A stretch of DNA of 64,000 nucleotides, taken from contig CP060758.1 in NCBI GenBank assembly GCA_023205875.1, positions 744,001-808,000 on the forward strand, written 5' to 3'. Position numbers and translations under genes: made by a program. Positions within the stretch are counted from its first letter, which is position 1. Each line of letters opens with the position of its first letter. Shown piece by piece: positions 19,961-30,844 of this stretch. Origin of the DNA: Chloropicon primus (taxonomy: Eukaryota). Under the pieces are notes generated by a model. It had not been told where the DNA came from. It saw only the letters and a list, made by a program, of their open reading frames with translations, and did no database searches.

Positions 19961-22408
19961 TCACAAGCCTTGGGGGAAGTTCTTCACCTCGACCATCTCT
20001 GAAACCTGGCCGCCGTTGCACGCGTACGTGATCTTTAGTCTCATCATGATGGCCTTTTGGCCCTCGAGGGAGTTCACCACGCGCATGATTTGCTGGACGG
20101 CCCCCGAGCCGAGGGGACCGAGCTGATTGCCCGTGGCTGGCTCCATCTTGAGCTGCAGGTACTTTGGAACGGCCGCCTGGAGCACGAAATCAGTGACAGG
20201 AGCCGGAGAGGAGTTCTGGTACGCTGCCGTGATGATCACCTGATTCGACTCCTTCGCGAACGAGAATTGGATGCTGACCCCATTCTTGTCGTACACCACG
20301 GCCGGCGGGAAGGTCGGAGAGGGGGGAGGACTGGCGCCGGACCCGCCGCCCAAGAGATCCGACAGCGGATCGCTGGCTTGCCCCGCGCCAGCGGGCACGG
20401 GCCCGCCCCCACCCAGCATGTCCATCAAGTCGGCCCCGCCCTGCTGCCCCGAAGGCGCGCTGGTGGGCGAGACGGCGGCCTCGCCGAGCAGATCCGTGAG
20501 GGCGTCCACGGGGGACGGAGCGGCGTCTCCTCCGCCCAGGTCCAGGCCGAGAATGTCGTCCCCAAGGAGGTCCCCTCCCGCCGGAGCGGGGTTGGCTGGA
20601 GCATCCCCCTGGGATGCCTCCTCGCCGTCCCCGCTGAGCAGGGAGGGCATGGTCTCCAGCAGCTGGGACCTGATCCTCCCGTGCTTGAAGAGCCTGTCGA
20701 ACTCGCATGCTCTCTGCTGCAACTCCAGAAGGGAAGACTTTTTGTACTTGGAGATCGTGCCCTGAATCCTCGCCTCGTTGGAAGAGAACCTCTCGCTAAG
20801 TTTCACGAGGGAAGTGAGCGAGTACTCCATGACTTCATCTGACTGGGACCCTTGCTTCATGACTTGCTCGACCAGCGAGATGACCTCCGATTCTGTGACT
20901 TTCAGAGGAATCTCGTCCGCGAGCTGGCCCTCCCCGGACAAGAGCTTCCCGCCGAACTCCCCCACGCACCAGAGCGCCACGGTGAGCAAGTTTGTGGAGC
21001 TCTGGTCCAAGTTGTCGAACAAGGCCCTGTAGAGCTTCCTCACCGCGTAGCCCTGGATGCTCTCCGTCGAGCTGATCATGACCAGAAACGACCTTGCGGA
21101 CCGATCCTGCATGTAGGCCCCTCCCTTCTCCAGCAACTCCACCATGGTGTCGACGTGCCACTGCGGACTTTGAGCGAACCCCTCCACAAGCTCGCAGATC
21201 TTCTCCACAAGCTTGGGCTTGAAGGCGACCTCGCTGTCCTCCATGAACTGCAGGAGGACCTCCATGAAGACCTCGACGTTGTTCTCGTTCACCAAGGCGC
21301 AGGCGAGCTCAAGAGCCCTCATTCTGATAGAAATATCAGCGTCCTGGACGCACTGCACAATCACGTTCTTGTGCCTCTGCACCGCCTTTGGGTCAATTGT
21401 CACCACCTTGATGAGTGTGTCAAGCGCGACGTACTTCATGTTGTTGTCCCTGTGCCCCAAAAACTTGCCCAGAATGTTTACCGCAAGCACTTTGAGGCCC
21501 CCGGTGCTCTCTATTTCTATGATCGTCTTCGCACACTCGTACAGAACGGCGCAGCCCGCGTTCTTCGAGGCGTCCGTGTTGGACGCAACCTGAGCCAGGA
21601 CATCGCTCATCACGTCGCTGATCTCAGGGGAGCCCTTGCCCAGCAGCCTGAGGAGGTGGAGGATCTGCACCTGCAAGAAGGGGTCGGGCACGCCCCGGAC
21701 GTTGTGGTCCGCGCTCCCTGAACCAGAGGTGGTCAAGTGCTTGAGCATCTTGATGAGGTTGTGGACCTTGGCCCTGAACCACCCAACAGCTTCCACCGGA
21801 TCAAGCTTGCAGAGCTCGAGCGCGAGGGTCACCGCGCCGAGGAGGACGCCGTGAGATCGCTCGTCAAGAAGGGCGAGTGCCTCGTCCTTGAAGTCCAAGA
21901 GAAGCTCCGGGGCTTTCTGCACGAGGCGAACCGCGCAAATCGCAGACTTCTTCTTGAGGTAGATCATTGACGACTTCATCAGCTTCTTGACGTCGACCAC
22001 GAGGTCCCTCGCCATCTCGGCCGAGCATATGTTCCCCAGAGCGCACAGAGCGAGCCCCATCGTGTATTGGTTCTTCCCCTTCAAGTCCTGCTGGATCGAG
22101 TTCGTGACAAGCATAAGTATCTCCTGCTTCTCGTCGAGGAGGGCCATGAGGCCCAGGTACCCGATCCTCTTCTCGGCGAAGCTCGGCCTCGCTATAAGCT
22201 TGAGGCACTCCATCTGTCCAAAGTGCGTGGGATACCCTAACATGTGCAGGTACATTAACTTCGCTATGTTCCTGTGCCTGTTCGCCACATCCTCCTTCTT
22301 GAAAGAGTCCCGCAAGTGCGCGGACTCCTTAGCGACCACGGCCCTCTCCTCCGCCGCGGTCTTGCACTCGCGCACCCTCCTTATGAGGTCCCTGAGCGGA
22401 GTAGTCAT
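19961..22408 (-). CDS. AP1G1: AP-1 complex gamma subunit (gamma-adaptin)
   Basis: LRDLIRRVRECKTAAEER, MLGYPTHFGQMECLKLI, DLL-rich hinge, C-terminal ear FVLQAAVPKYLQL. Confidence 0.96.
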   Translation of the reverse strand: MTTPLRDLIRRVRECKTAAEERAVVAKESAHLRDSFKKEDVANRHRNIAKLMYLHMLGYPTHFGQMECLKLIARPSFAEKRIGYLGLMALLDEKQEILMLVTNSIQQDLKGKNQYTMGLALCALGNICSAEMARDLVVDVKKLMKSSMIYLKKKSAICAVRLVQKAPELLLDFKDEALALLDERSHGVLLGAVTLALELCKLDPVEAVGWFRAKVHNLIKMLKHLTTSGSGSADHNVRGVPDPFLQVQILHLLRLLGKGSPEISDVMSDVLAQVASNTDASKNAGCAVLYECAKTIIEIESTGGLKVLAVNILGKFLGHRDNNMKYVALDTLIKVVTIDPKAVQRHKNVIVQCVQDADISIRMRALELACALVNENNVEVFMEVLLQFMEDSEVAFKPKLVEKICELVEGFAQSPQWHVDTMVELLEKGGAYMQDRSARSFLVMISSTESIQGYAVRKLYRALFDNLDQSSTNLLTVALWCVGEFGGKLLSGEGQLADEIPLKVTESEVISLVEQVMKQGSQSDEVMEYSLTSLVKLSERFSSNEARIQGTISKYKKSSLLELQQRACEFDRLFKHGRIRSQLLETMPSLLSGDGEEASQGDAPANPAPAGGDLLGDDILGLDLGGGDAAPSPVDALTDLLGEAAVSPTSAPSGQQGGADLMDMLGGGGPVPAGAGQASDPLSDLLGGGSGASPPPSPTFPPAVVYDKNGVSIQFSFAKESNQVIITAAYQNSSPAPVTDFVLQAAVPKYLQLKMEPATGNQLGPLGSGAVQQIMRVVNSLEGQKAIMMRLKITYACNGGQVSEMVEVKNFPQGL

Positions 22409-22593
22409 CGTTCCCGCCCTCTGCCTCGCGCGTCACTCTCCAAATCCGTTACTCGGGCGCAAGCAAGTGAAGGTGGAGAATGGGAGATGGAGGAACGAGG
22501 AAACCATGCCGCCGTCATGGTAGCCTTGGTTGCGATGGTGGAAAGATGGAAAAAGTTACAGTTACTTGATGTTAAAATACACGGCCTTGGCCC

Positions 22594-24918
22594 TCAAGTG
22601 GCTCGGGCATAGTGGAGCTTCGCGTACGTTCTCTGCAAGACCCTCTCCTTCTCTTTCTCGGCGTCCAGCTCCATCTTCAGCTTGGCAAGCCTCTGAGGGG
22701 CAGCCACCTTCTCGTTCTCGCTCAGGGCACGGTAAGAGTGAAGCTGGTGCTGCACTTGCTGGTGCCTCTGCCTGGCCTTGCCGAGCCTGGCGAGGAGTTC
22801 CTTGTGCTTGGCCTCAAGACCACCGTGCAGTATGCCAATCTTCTTCTCGAGCTTGCTGGCGACGTGAGACTGCTTCTCCAGCTCCGATTTCAAGCTGGAA
22901 AAGTTGAGCTTCAGGTAAGCGACGTCGCTCATGTTGGCCTCCTCCTCCCTCGCGTGCAGGATCTCCATGGCCCTGGCGTGACTCTCCGCCAAGTCCTCGC
23001 CTCCACCGTGGCGCTCCGAGATCAACTTCTGGTTCTCTTCCTCAATCATGCCCCTGGCTTGGAGGAGCTCGCTCTCTTCAAAAGCCTCCAGATCCGGCGG
23101 CAGCGCTCCCTTTGCCTTGCGCGACTTGGTCGACACGGGGTACATCTTGTTGTCACGGTCTATCAGCAGCTGCAGCTCATCCGCCACGAGGGCCTCGGCC
23201 CTCCTCTGCTCGACGTCCGAGGCAGACGCCAAGTCCCCCAAGCTCTTCCGAACGTCGCTGGCCGTGGGCCTTGGCAGGTTCCTCTGGATCACCTGAGAGC
23301 GCAGCCTGAGCTCCCTCTGCCTGTGCTCCTCCTCCTTTGCTTTCTTCTTCGCGATCACATCGGCCATGTCCTCGATCATGCCGTCGTCCTCGTCGCCCTC
23401 GTCGTCGCTGAACGTGGGCACGTCCGGTATGACGACCTGGTACTCGTTCTTGGGCTGTGGCAGGCTGCTCAGCCCCAGCTTCACGCTCTGCCTCTGCAGA
23501 TCCAACGCCCTCCTCGCCTCGAGCTCCGTCTCAAAGTCCATCATCTCGGGCGCCGCCTTGTTGATTCGAAGCCCGTCCCTGAGGGGCGTGCCCATGACCA
23601 TGGGGGTGCTCCCCATCGAGGGGTGGCCCTGGGAGTGCAAGGGGGTCGCGAGGGGGTTCGGGGTGGCCATGGCCTTTGGCTCGGGCAGGGAGCTCCTGAA
23701 GGCGGACCTGTCTATGCTCGTGCCCTCCCCTCCCATGAGGGTGCTCTGCTGCTGCTGCATCTTTGCCAGCTGCTGCGCTTCCTGCAGGATCACGTTGGCA
23801 CCCGAGGACGTCACTGCCCTTGGGGTTCTCACCGGGGTAGCCATCGGGTTTGGGGTCGCCGCGTAGTCCGCCAGAAGCATCTTGGTCGCCCTTCCCCCCG
23901 CTCCCTCCTCGACGCTGGCGTCCAGGGCCTCCTCCTTCTCGTTCATTCTCGAGATCTCCGTCAGCTCAGCATCTGAGAGCTGCGGGGCCGGGAGGACCAT
24001 CTTCCCCCGCCGCACCGATGGGCCGGAGGTCCCTTGCATCTGCTGTTGCACCGCGAGGGGCATGTTCTTGCGCTCCAGCATCTGCTGCTTGGCCCTGTCC
24101 TGCTTGATCAGCGCAGCTTCCACGTCTTTCCTCTTCTTCCCCTCGAGCTCTTCCACGCTCACCGGCTTGAACTTCTGCTCCTTCATCGCCTTCCTCTCCC
24201 TGCCCCTCTCCTCGCTCGTGTCGTAAAACCCGGGTGGAGGCTTGTGCTCGAACGCTATCTCCGCGTTGTAGTCTATCTCTCCCTTCTTTAGCAACTTCTT
24301 CTTCCACTTGCCCGAGTCGATTCCAGCGGCCTTCAGCTCCCTCCTCTTCTGAAGAGTTGCCAGCCGCCGCGCCTCCTCGAGCTGCTTCTCCCTCGCCTTC
24401 CTCTTGGCCTTCTTTCCCTTGGTGTTGGCCAAGCGGGCTCTCGCCTCGTTCAGCATCTCCTTCTCGTCCTCGTCCATGTCCACAGGGTCCGGGCGGGCGG
24501 GACGGCTCTCCAGGTTCGGGTCAACCTCCCCGGGTCGGTTCTTGCGCGCTCCCGGGGCCCCCCCGCCCGATCCTCCGCTCCCACTCGCCCCCCCGTTCGC
24601 CGCCTGGTCCAGGAGCTGCTCGTACCTCTCCAGACATTGCGTCGACGTCCTCCCGACTATTGGCGCTATCGTTCGCCACTGCGTTGGCATGAGCTTCGCC
24701 AAGTGCAGGAGCTTCTCGTCCTCCTCCCGCGTCCAGTCCGTCTTCTTGATCGAAGGGTCCAGCCACTCGTGCCACCTCGCCTTGCACTGCTTGGCGCTCT
24801 TTCGAACCAAAAAGGAAGACACTCGCGCCCACTGGTGCTTGCCATATTTCATGACCGCAGCCTTGAGTATCTCATCCTCCGTGTTCTTCCACACGCCACC
24901 CTTTATCATGATCCTCAT
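22594..24918 (-). CDS. CDC5: CDC5/Cef1 Myb-domain splicing factor
   Basis: MRIMIKGGVWKNTEDEILKAAVMKYG and tandem Myb repeats; RPDPVDMDEDEKEML. Confidence 0.97.
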   Translation of the reverse strand: MRIMIKGGVWKNTEDEILKAAVMKYGKHQWARVSSFLVRKSAKQCKARWHEWLDPSIKKTDWTREEDEKLLHLAKLMPTQWRTIAPIVGRTSTQCLERYEQLLDQAANGGASGSGGSGGGAPGARKNRPGEVDPNLESRPARPDPVDMDEDEKEMLNEARARLANTKGKKAKRKAREKQLEEARRLATLQKRRELKAAGIDSGKWKKKLLKKGEIDYNAEIAFEHKPPPGFYDTSEERGRERKAMKEQKFKPVSVEELEGKKRKDVEAALIKQDRAKQQMLERKNMPLAVQQQMQGTSGPSVRRGKMVLPAPQLSDAELTEISRMNEKEEALDASVEEGAGGRATKMLLADYAATPNPMATPVRTPRAVTSSGANVILQEAQQLAKMQQQQSTLMGGEGTSIDRSAFRSSLPEPKAMATPNPLATPLHSQGHPSMGSTPMVMGTPLRDGLRINKAAPEMMDFETELEARRALDLQRQSVKLGLSSLPQPKNEYQVVIPDVPTFSDDEGDEDDGMIEDMADVIAKKKAKEEEHRQRELRLRSQVIQRNLPRPTASDVRKSLGDLASASDVEQRRAEALVADELQLLIDRDNKMYPVSTKSRKAKGALPPDLEAFEESELLQARGMIEEENQKLISERHGGGEDLAESHARAMEILHAREEEANMSDVAYLKLNFSSLKSELEKQSHVASKLEKKIGILHGGLEAKHKELLARLGKARQRHQQVQHQLHSYRALSENEKVAAPQRLAKLKMELDAEKEKERVLQRTYAKLHYARAT

Positions 24919-25233
24919 GGTGCCTCACTCCCCTCCTCACGAGCTCGCAAGCCCGCGCCCCTCCCTCCTCTCTTCTCTTCTCTCTCTCCGCGACCACCGG
25001 CGCCTCCTTCTCCCGCCTTCAGTGATCGATCGATCGAGGAGAGGATGGTGTCGGGGAGGGGGAGCGCAGGGAGGGGAGGGAGGGAGTAGGGGAGGAAGGG
25101 GTGAGCGGAAGGACCTGTCCGTCCTCTCTCTCTTGTTCGTTTCTTGCTCTTTCGAAAGAGTCCTCGCTTGAGAGAGACAACGGAGTGGTGGGGGAGTTGA
25201 GGAAGGAGAGAGGGAGAGAGGGAGAGAGGGAGG

Positions 25234-28200
25234 ATGGCGTTCAACCAGCCGAGCGGGGGGTTCGGGTTCGGGGCTGGAGGAGGAGGAGGAGGGTTTGGAT
25301 TCGGTGGAGGGACAGGAGGAAACACGCAGAACGGGAGGAACGGGCCTGGAGCGTCGGGGGCGTTTAGTTTTGGCTCCAGTGGCGGTGGTGGTGGAGGGAG
25401 GGGGGGTGGGTTTGGGAGCTCGGGAGGCTTCGGGAGCTCGCCTAGGGGCGGTGGAGGCTTCGGCGGGCAGAGAGGCGGATCCGGATACAAAGCGAGGGGG
25501 AGGGGGAGGGGGGGAGGCAGCACCCACCAGGTTGGGACGAGGGGAGGGAGAACTTCAACGCCGAGTTCCAACGGGTTCGGCTTTGGATCTCCGCCAAAGT
25601 CCCCGTCTTCTCCGCCCGCCGCTCAGTTCGGTTTCGGTTCTGGTGCTTCGCCCCAGGGCTTTCAATCCTTCCCTTCCAACTCGAACGCCGGGGCCCAGAA
25701 CCAGAGTCCCAGCGGTTTCCAGTCCAACACTCGTCCCTTTGGAACGAGCTATCAGTGGCACCGGCAGCAGCCGGAGAGCCCGGCCGGGGGGGCTGATCAG
25801 CCCTCCACTTCTTTCACTTTCAACCAGTCGGGCAATGAGGGGGGGAGTAGCAGCAAGGGCTTTGGTGGCTTCGGGGGCAAAGCAGAGTTCGGCACGAAGA
25901 AACCGGCCAAGGCCTTTGGGAGTAGCTCCGCCGGATTCGGCTCGAAGAAGAAGCAGGGAGAAGCCGCGGACTCTAGGACCGCCTTTGGGGGTGGTGGGAG
26001 CACGTCGGGCGGGTTTGGATTCGGGAAGAACGCTAGTGCTGGCGGTACGAAAGCAAAACAAACGAAAGGTTTAGGGCAACCTAAACAGCAGACCGCTTTG
26101 GCTGGCTCAGGCGCGGTGAAATCAAGCGCAATGGGGGCATCCACGCCGAAGAAGGAGAAACGGAGCTTCACTTGGGTGCGGAAAGCAGATAACGACGCTC
26201 CTGCTTCTTCTGCTGTGGGTGGAAAAGTAGGGAAGGGGGCTGGGAAACTGAGTGAGATGGAGCGCTTGAAGAGGGAAGCGATCAGCAGGATGCCCAAATT
26301 CTCGGGCGGAGGAGGGGGCGGAGCAGGTACGGCCAAGCCAAAGGCAAAACCCATTCCAAAAAAATCGCAGAAGAACAAAATGGAGAGTGAAATGGAGAGA
26401 TTAAAGAGAGAAGCCATTGGCAACATGCCTACCTTCGCGGGTGGAGGAGGCTCCAAGGCCCCAGCAAGCACCACGAGAGCTCCAAAGCCACCCAGGTCTT
26501 TCCCAAAATCATCCCAGAGCGCAGCACCAACCTCGTTTAGTGCAGAGGAGCAGAGCGGCCGCGAGAAGCGTGTGGGAGGGGGCGAGGAGGGGCACGATCT
26601 GATTGTTGGCACCTGTGAGCTGATGTGCCCTCTTGCAGAATTGGAAAGGCGTTTCAGAACCAACGATTTTGACGAGCTTGAACAGCCGAGCCATGATTAT
26701 CCCGGAATGTCCGTGGAAGACTTGTGCGTGAAGAGGTTTGCGAGGACAATTACGGAGGACGACCGCCAGCCGGATCGGCTCCGCACGCGCGCCGCTCTCG
26801 GGAAGACAATGAAGCACTTGCTTGGTCTCATGGACAGCAAGAGGACAACCTTTGAGAAGGTGCATCGATTTCTGTGGGACAGGTACAGGGCCATCAGGAC
26901 TGACATGTCGATTCAGCACATCAAGGATCGCTTTGCTGTGGGGTGCTTTGAGGAAATGATTCGTTTTCATATTATTGCGGAGCACGAGCTGTGCGAGGAG
27001 ACTGCGACCGTCACCAACCCCCACGGATTCAACTCTCACTTGAACGTGGAGCAGATGTACAAGTGCCTCACCTCCTTGTTCGCACTTTATGACGACTTGG
27101 CGAAATCGGGAAGTCCTTGCGAGAACGAGCCAGAGTTCCGGGCGTACTACATTCTGCTGACAATGGACACCCACGGCAAGTACAGGAGAGACAAGTCCGC
27201 CCATTCGTTTGCGTTGTCGAAAATGAGACCTGAGATTCTGCATTCGAACTTCGTGCAGTTTGCTGTGCAGCTGAATTCCCTGTACCACGAGGGAAACTTT
27301 GTCAAGTTCTTCAAAGTCGTGAGCAAGAGCCCGTTCATCGTGTCTTGCATCTTGCACGCGTACTTCAACCCTGTGAGAGCAAGAGCAGTGAAGCTGTTTA
27401 CTCTTGGCATGTATGGAAGGAAAACCGCCTTGTCAGTCAGCTTTGTACACAAGATCCTCCTGATGGACAGCGTTGAAGACGCAGCAGCCTTGCTGCAAAG
27501 TTTTGGCCTGGCAGTGCAGCAGATTGCAAATGACGTCGTCGTTGCGGTTGGAGAGAAGAATTTTCAGGATGTGGAAGATATATCCAGGAGGCGATCGGCT
27601 TTCATATCTTCGCTGAAAGGTTCGACGCTGTACTCACAGCTGTGCGTTACTCCTGCAGAGATCACGCCGGACCTCTTGCCAAAGGGCGCATCGGATCTGC
27701 CGACTCAGCCCGCGAAGAGGATGTCACCTTTGAGGCCGCGCCAGCCCGAGGTGAAGCCCGTGCAGGCGGTCAAAGCCCCGGTGAGTTTTGGCAAACCCGA
27801 GCCAGCGCCTGTGTCAATGTTGCCACCCGCACCTTTGACTGCACCCACCTTCCCCACCTTTCCTTTGGCCGACGCTCCGAGCGACATTGGTCAGAAGAGG
27901 AGGAGGCAGCAGAGCATCTCACCAAAGGGGAGAGGTGCCGGGGAGGAGGCTGCGGCAGATGTGGGTCAGCAGCAGGACGCTGAGGCACCTTCCTGGGCAA
28001 GAATCAGCTCGGGCAAAGTCTCAAAGAAGATGATGAAAAGCATGGAGCCAGAGGCGCCATCTCCTGTTGGGGCTGCCAAGCACAGCGTCGAGGCAGCGGA
28101 GTGGACGTGGACCAACGCGGAGAAAGAGAAAGAGAAGAAGAAAGAGAAGGAAGCAGCTGCTGCGGAAAGGAAGGCAGAGGAAAAGAGGCTTGAGATGTTG

Positions 28201-29025
28201 GAGAGGCAGAAGCAAGCGGAACTCGCGAGGCAGATGCAGAGGGAGGAGAGGGAGAGGGAAGAGCGGCAACGAGCCTTGAGAGAGGAGGAGAGGGAGAGAG
28301 AGAGGCAGAGGGCGCTTCGGGAGAGGGAGCAGCGGCAGAGGAGGGTCAAAGCGATCGAGCAGAGGCTGAAGGAGCTTTTTGTGGACGTCGTGTACATGAG
28401 ATTGCTGGTGTTGCGCACAGCCAGGCTGTGGAGGGCCAAGGCCGCGACTCTTGTGTCTAGGCGAAGGGAGGCACGAAAGAAGTGCAGCCTTTCCACCTCT
28501 TTGCTCACCAGGAAGCTGACCATGCTGAATGTCAGCCCAAACCGGGATAACTTCTTGCCAAGTGCCGCGCCTGCTTACCAAGCAAGCGCGCTCGCTTCTC
28601 GGGAGAAGGCCCCGAGCGAAATCTCATGTGGGGATGAAAATGCTTACGCGACCCCCGAGGTGCTTTCCGGGAGCAGAGGGGAGATCGTTCCGGCCGAGGA
28701 GTTGCTCGACGAGCTCACAGCAGCCCTGAGATCCGCGAGAGACATGGCTCCACACATGGCGAGCTTGGACCTGGACGGCGTCGTGAAACGAATTCTGGAC
28801 GAGTGGATCGAGAGGGTCCAGTGCTCTGAAAGGGAAGGCCTTGCGGGAGCTGAAGCAATGGTAGGCGCGTTGCGGGAGCTGAAGAACGCTGCGCTGGCGG
28901 GGGATCCCCTCGCTGTCTACGAGAACTTCTCCGCCATGCTGCGGCAGTCGGAGGTTTTGACCAGGCCCGTCTACCTGTGCGAGAGGAAGAGGAAGAACAA
29001 GTTCGAGTTGCTGGGCTTGCTTTGA
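25234..29025 (+). CDS. SAC3: SAC3/GANP (TREX-2) mRNA export factor with N-terminal FG repeats
   Basis: IVGTCELMCP, FLWDRYRAIRTDMSIQ, EEMIRFHI, ENEPEFRAYYIL (SAC3_GANP domain). FG/FGFG-rich N-terminus. Confidence 0.9.
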   Translation: MAFNQPSGGFGFGAGGGGGGFGFGGGTGGNTQNGRNGPGASGAFSFGSSGGGGGGRGGGFGSSGGFGSSPRGGGGFGGQRGGSGYKARGRGRGGGSTHQVGTRGGRTSTPSSNGFGFGSPPKSPSSPPAAQFGFGSGASPQGFQSFPSNSNAGAQNQSPSGFQSNTRPFGTSYQWHRQQPESPAGGADQPSTSFTFNQSGNEGGSSSKGFGGFGGKAEFGTKKPAKAFGSSSAGFGSKKKQGEAADSRTAFGGGGSTSGGFGFGKNASAGGTKAKQTKGLGQPKQQTALAGSGAVKSSAMGASTPKKEKRSFTWVRKADNDAPASSAVGGKVGKGAGKLSEMERLKREAISRMPKFSGGGGGGAGTAKPKAKPIPKKSQKNKMESEMERLKREAIGNMPTFAGGGGSKAPASTTRAPKPPRSFPKSSQSAAPTSFSAEEQSGREKRVGGGEEGHDLIVGTCELMCPLAELERRFRTNDFDELEQPSHDYPGMSVEDLCVKRFARTITEDDRQPDRLRTRAALGKTMKHLLGLMDSKRTTFEKVHRFLWDRYRAIRTDMSIQHIKDRFAVGCFEEMIRFHIIAEHELCEETATVTNPHGFNSHLNVEQMYKCLTSLFALYDDLAKSGSPCENEPEFRAYYILLTMDTHGKYRRDKSAHSFALSKMRPEILHSNFVQFAVQLNSLYHEGNFVKFFKVVSKSPFIVSCILHAYFNPVRARAVKLFTLGMYGRKTALSVSFVHKILLMDSVEDAAALLQSFGLAVQQIANDVVVAVGEKNFQDVEDISRRRSAFISSLKGSTLYSQLCVTPAEITPDLLPKGASDLPTQPAKRMSPLRPRQPEVKPVQAVKAPVSFGKPEPAPVSMLPPAPLTAPTFPTFPLADAPSDIGQKRRRQQSISPKGRGAGEEAAADVGQQQDAEAPSWARISSGKVSKKMMKSMEPEAPSPVGAAKHSVEAAEWTWTNAEKEKEKKKEKEAAAAERKAEEKRLEMLERQKQAELARQMQREEREREERQRALREEERERERQRALREREQRQRRVKAIEQRLKELFVDVVYMRLLVLRTARLWRAKAATLVSRRREARKKCSLSTSLLTRKLTMLNVSPNRDNFLPSAAPAYQASALASREKAPSEISCGDENAYATPEVLSGSRGEIVPAEELLDELTAALRSARDMAPHMASLDLDGVVKRILDEWIERVQCSEREGLAGAEAMVGALRELKNAALAGDPLAVYENFSAMLRQSEVLTRPVYLCERKRKNKFELLGLL

Positions 29026-29322
29026 ACTCATTGTACACGTTATAACCCTTGTAATTTATGGAGAGCGCCGTTGGGTTGGTGGTCGCCGTTCCTCCGTTCC
29101 CTGGACGTGAAAATGTCCGTGGGTTCCTTGCCCCCGATCTCCATCAACGCGATCTCGATTGGGGAGAGGAGCGAAAAGTTTTTGAAACGCTTGGGAGAGG
29201 AGAGACGAGAGAGAGAGAGAATGGCGAGAGAATTGAGAGCGAGGACGAGAGGAACCTCTGGAAAGGAAGGGCGAGGGTGTTAGAGTCGCAGGTTCTAGCG
29301 GCGGAACACTTCCGTCGTCGTT

Positions 29323-30652
29323 ATGGGCGTCTGTCTGCCGTACCCGCTCTCCAACCAGATATGCATCTTCCTCATCATTGTGGCGTCGCCAATAGTGCTC
29401 TACGTGAGCGGCCTCCACGTCTGGACGCACGTTAGAAACTACAGGAACCCCGTGATTCAAAGGTGGGTGGCTCAACCGAGCAACTTCGTGCGCGCATTCG
29501 GCACTGGCCCGAAAGGAACTCTTCAACATGGCGCTGACTTCTCCTCTCTCTCTCTCTCCCTCTGTTGTGTGTCTGTGTGTGATTCTGTGTGCTCGGGCAT
29601 CGCTCAGGTACTGCATCCGGATATCCCTCATCGTTCCCGTCTACCTTGCCAATGCCCTGCTGTCCTTCGCCATCCCGCAGAAGGGACTTTGGGTTTTGGA
29701 ACTGGTGAAGGCGAGCTACGAGGCGTTCGCGCTGTATTCGTTCATGGCCCTGATGCTAGCTTTCGTGGGAGGGCCCGCCTCCCTCGTCGACCTGTGGGAG
29801 TCAGAGGACCAGTACCTGACAGGGGACTGGCTCACGGGGACTTGCCTCCATGGGACCATGAAGCTTGATGGTTTGTTCCTCAGGAGGCTGGTGCAGGGCG
29901 TCATCCAATTCGTCATCGTCAGGCTGCTGATCGTCATCACGGTGCCCATACTGATCGCGTGCGAGGTTTATATCGAGGGGAAAGCCAGGCTGGATAGGGG
30001 GTGGATTTACATCATGCTCCTGCACAACGTGTCTCTGTGGATCTGCCTTTACAGCCTGTGGCTCTTCTTTCTGAGCACGAGGCACTACTTGAGGCCCTTC
30101 TCACCCGCGCTAAAGTTCGGGCTCATCAAGTCCATCATATTCATCTCGTTCTGGCAGAAGATTGTGTTGGAGATCGCGATTGCCTCGAGCGTCCTGGAGA
30201 AGCCGGAGGGGTACACGAATAGGGAAATGATAGATTCGTGGAATTCTTTTCTCCTGATTTTGGAGTGCCTTCCGATTGCTGTCCTGAACTTTTACGCCTT
30301 TGGCTCGAGGACGGGCAGCTACGACACGGAGTGGGGCAGCTGGCGACTGCTGATGGAGCACGGCAACTTGAAGAAAGCCAATTCTTTCCCCATGAGCGGC
30401 AGGCAGTACGAGGAGGCCGAGGACGGCGAAGAGATTCGGCCCCCGCAGGCCGTGAAACCTTTGGCGGCCTTTCAGCACGCGGTGAACGCCGGGGACGTCG
30501 TTCAGCACGCCTGCTCGACCTTCTCCGACCATTACGGAAGGAAGAGGTACTTGGCGCTCGAACTGTCCCAGAGGGAGGCAGCTTCGCAGCAGAATACTCC
30601 CCTTCCTTCCTCCGAGAGAGGGGGAAAGAAAAATTTTGGAACGTTCACCTGA
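29323..30652 (+). CDS. TMEM184/OST-alpha (LAZ1-like) membrane protein; exons 29323-29462 and 29608-30652
   Basis: HVRNYRNPVIQR|YCIRISLIVPVY, YEAFALYSF, GVIQFVIVR, KFGLIKSIIFISFWQ. Intron 29463-29607 with CTGAC branch point. Confidence 0.88.
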
Positions 30653-30844
30653 CAGGGTAGGGAATCCTGATGGCAGCACTCGTCCACCATCCTTGTAGTA
30701 TAATCCTTAGCCCCTCCCCGAACCTCGCTCTTCGATTTGCCGTTAGCGCGAGTCAAACACAAAATCCTGCAACTTTCTCCAAAAATTACTTTTCGGGTTT
30801 GACAACTGACCCGCGGCAGCACCAAGGTGCTCGCTTCCGCAACC

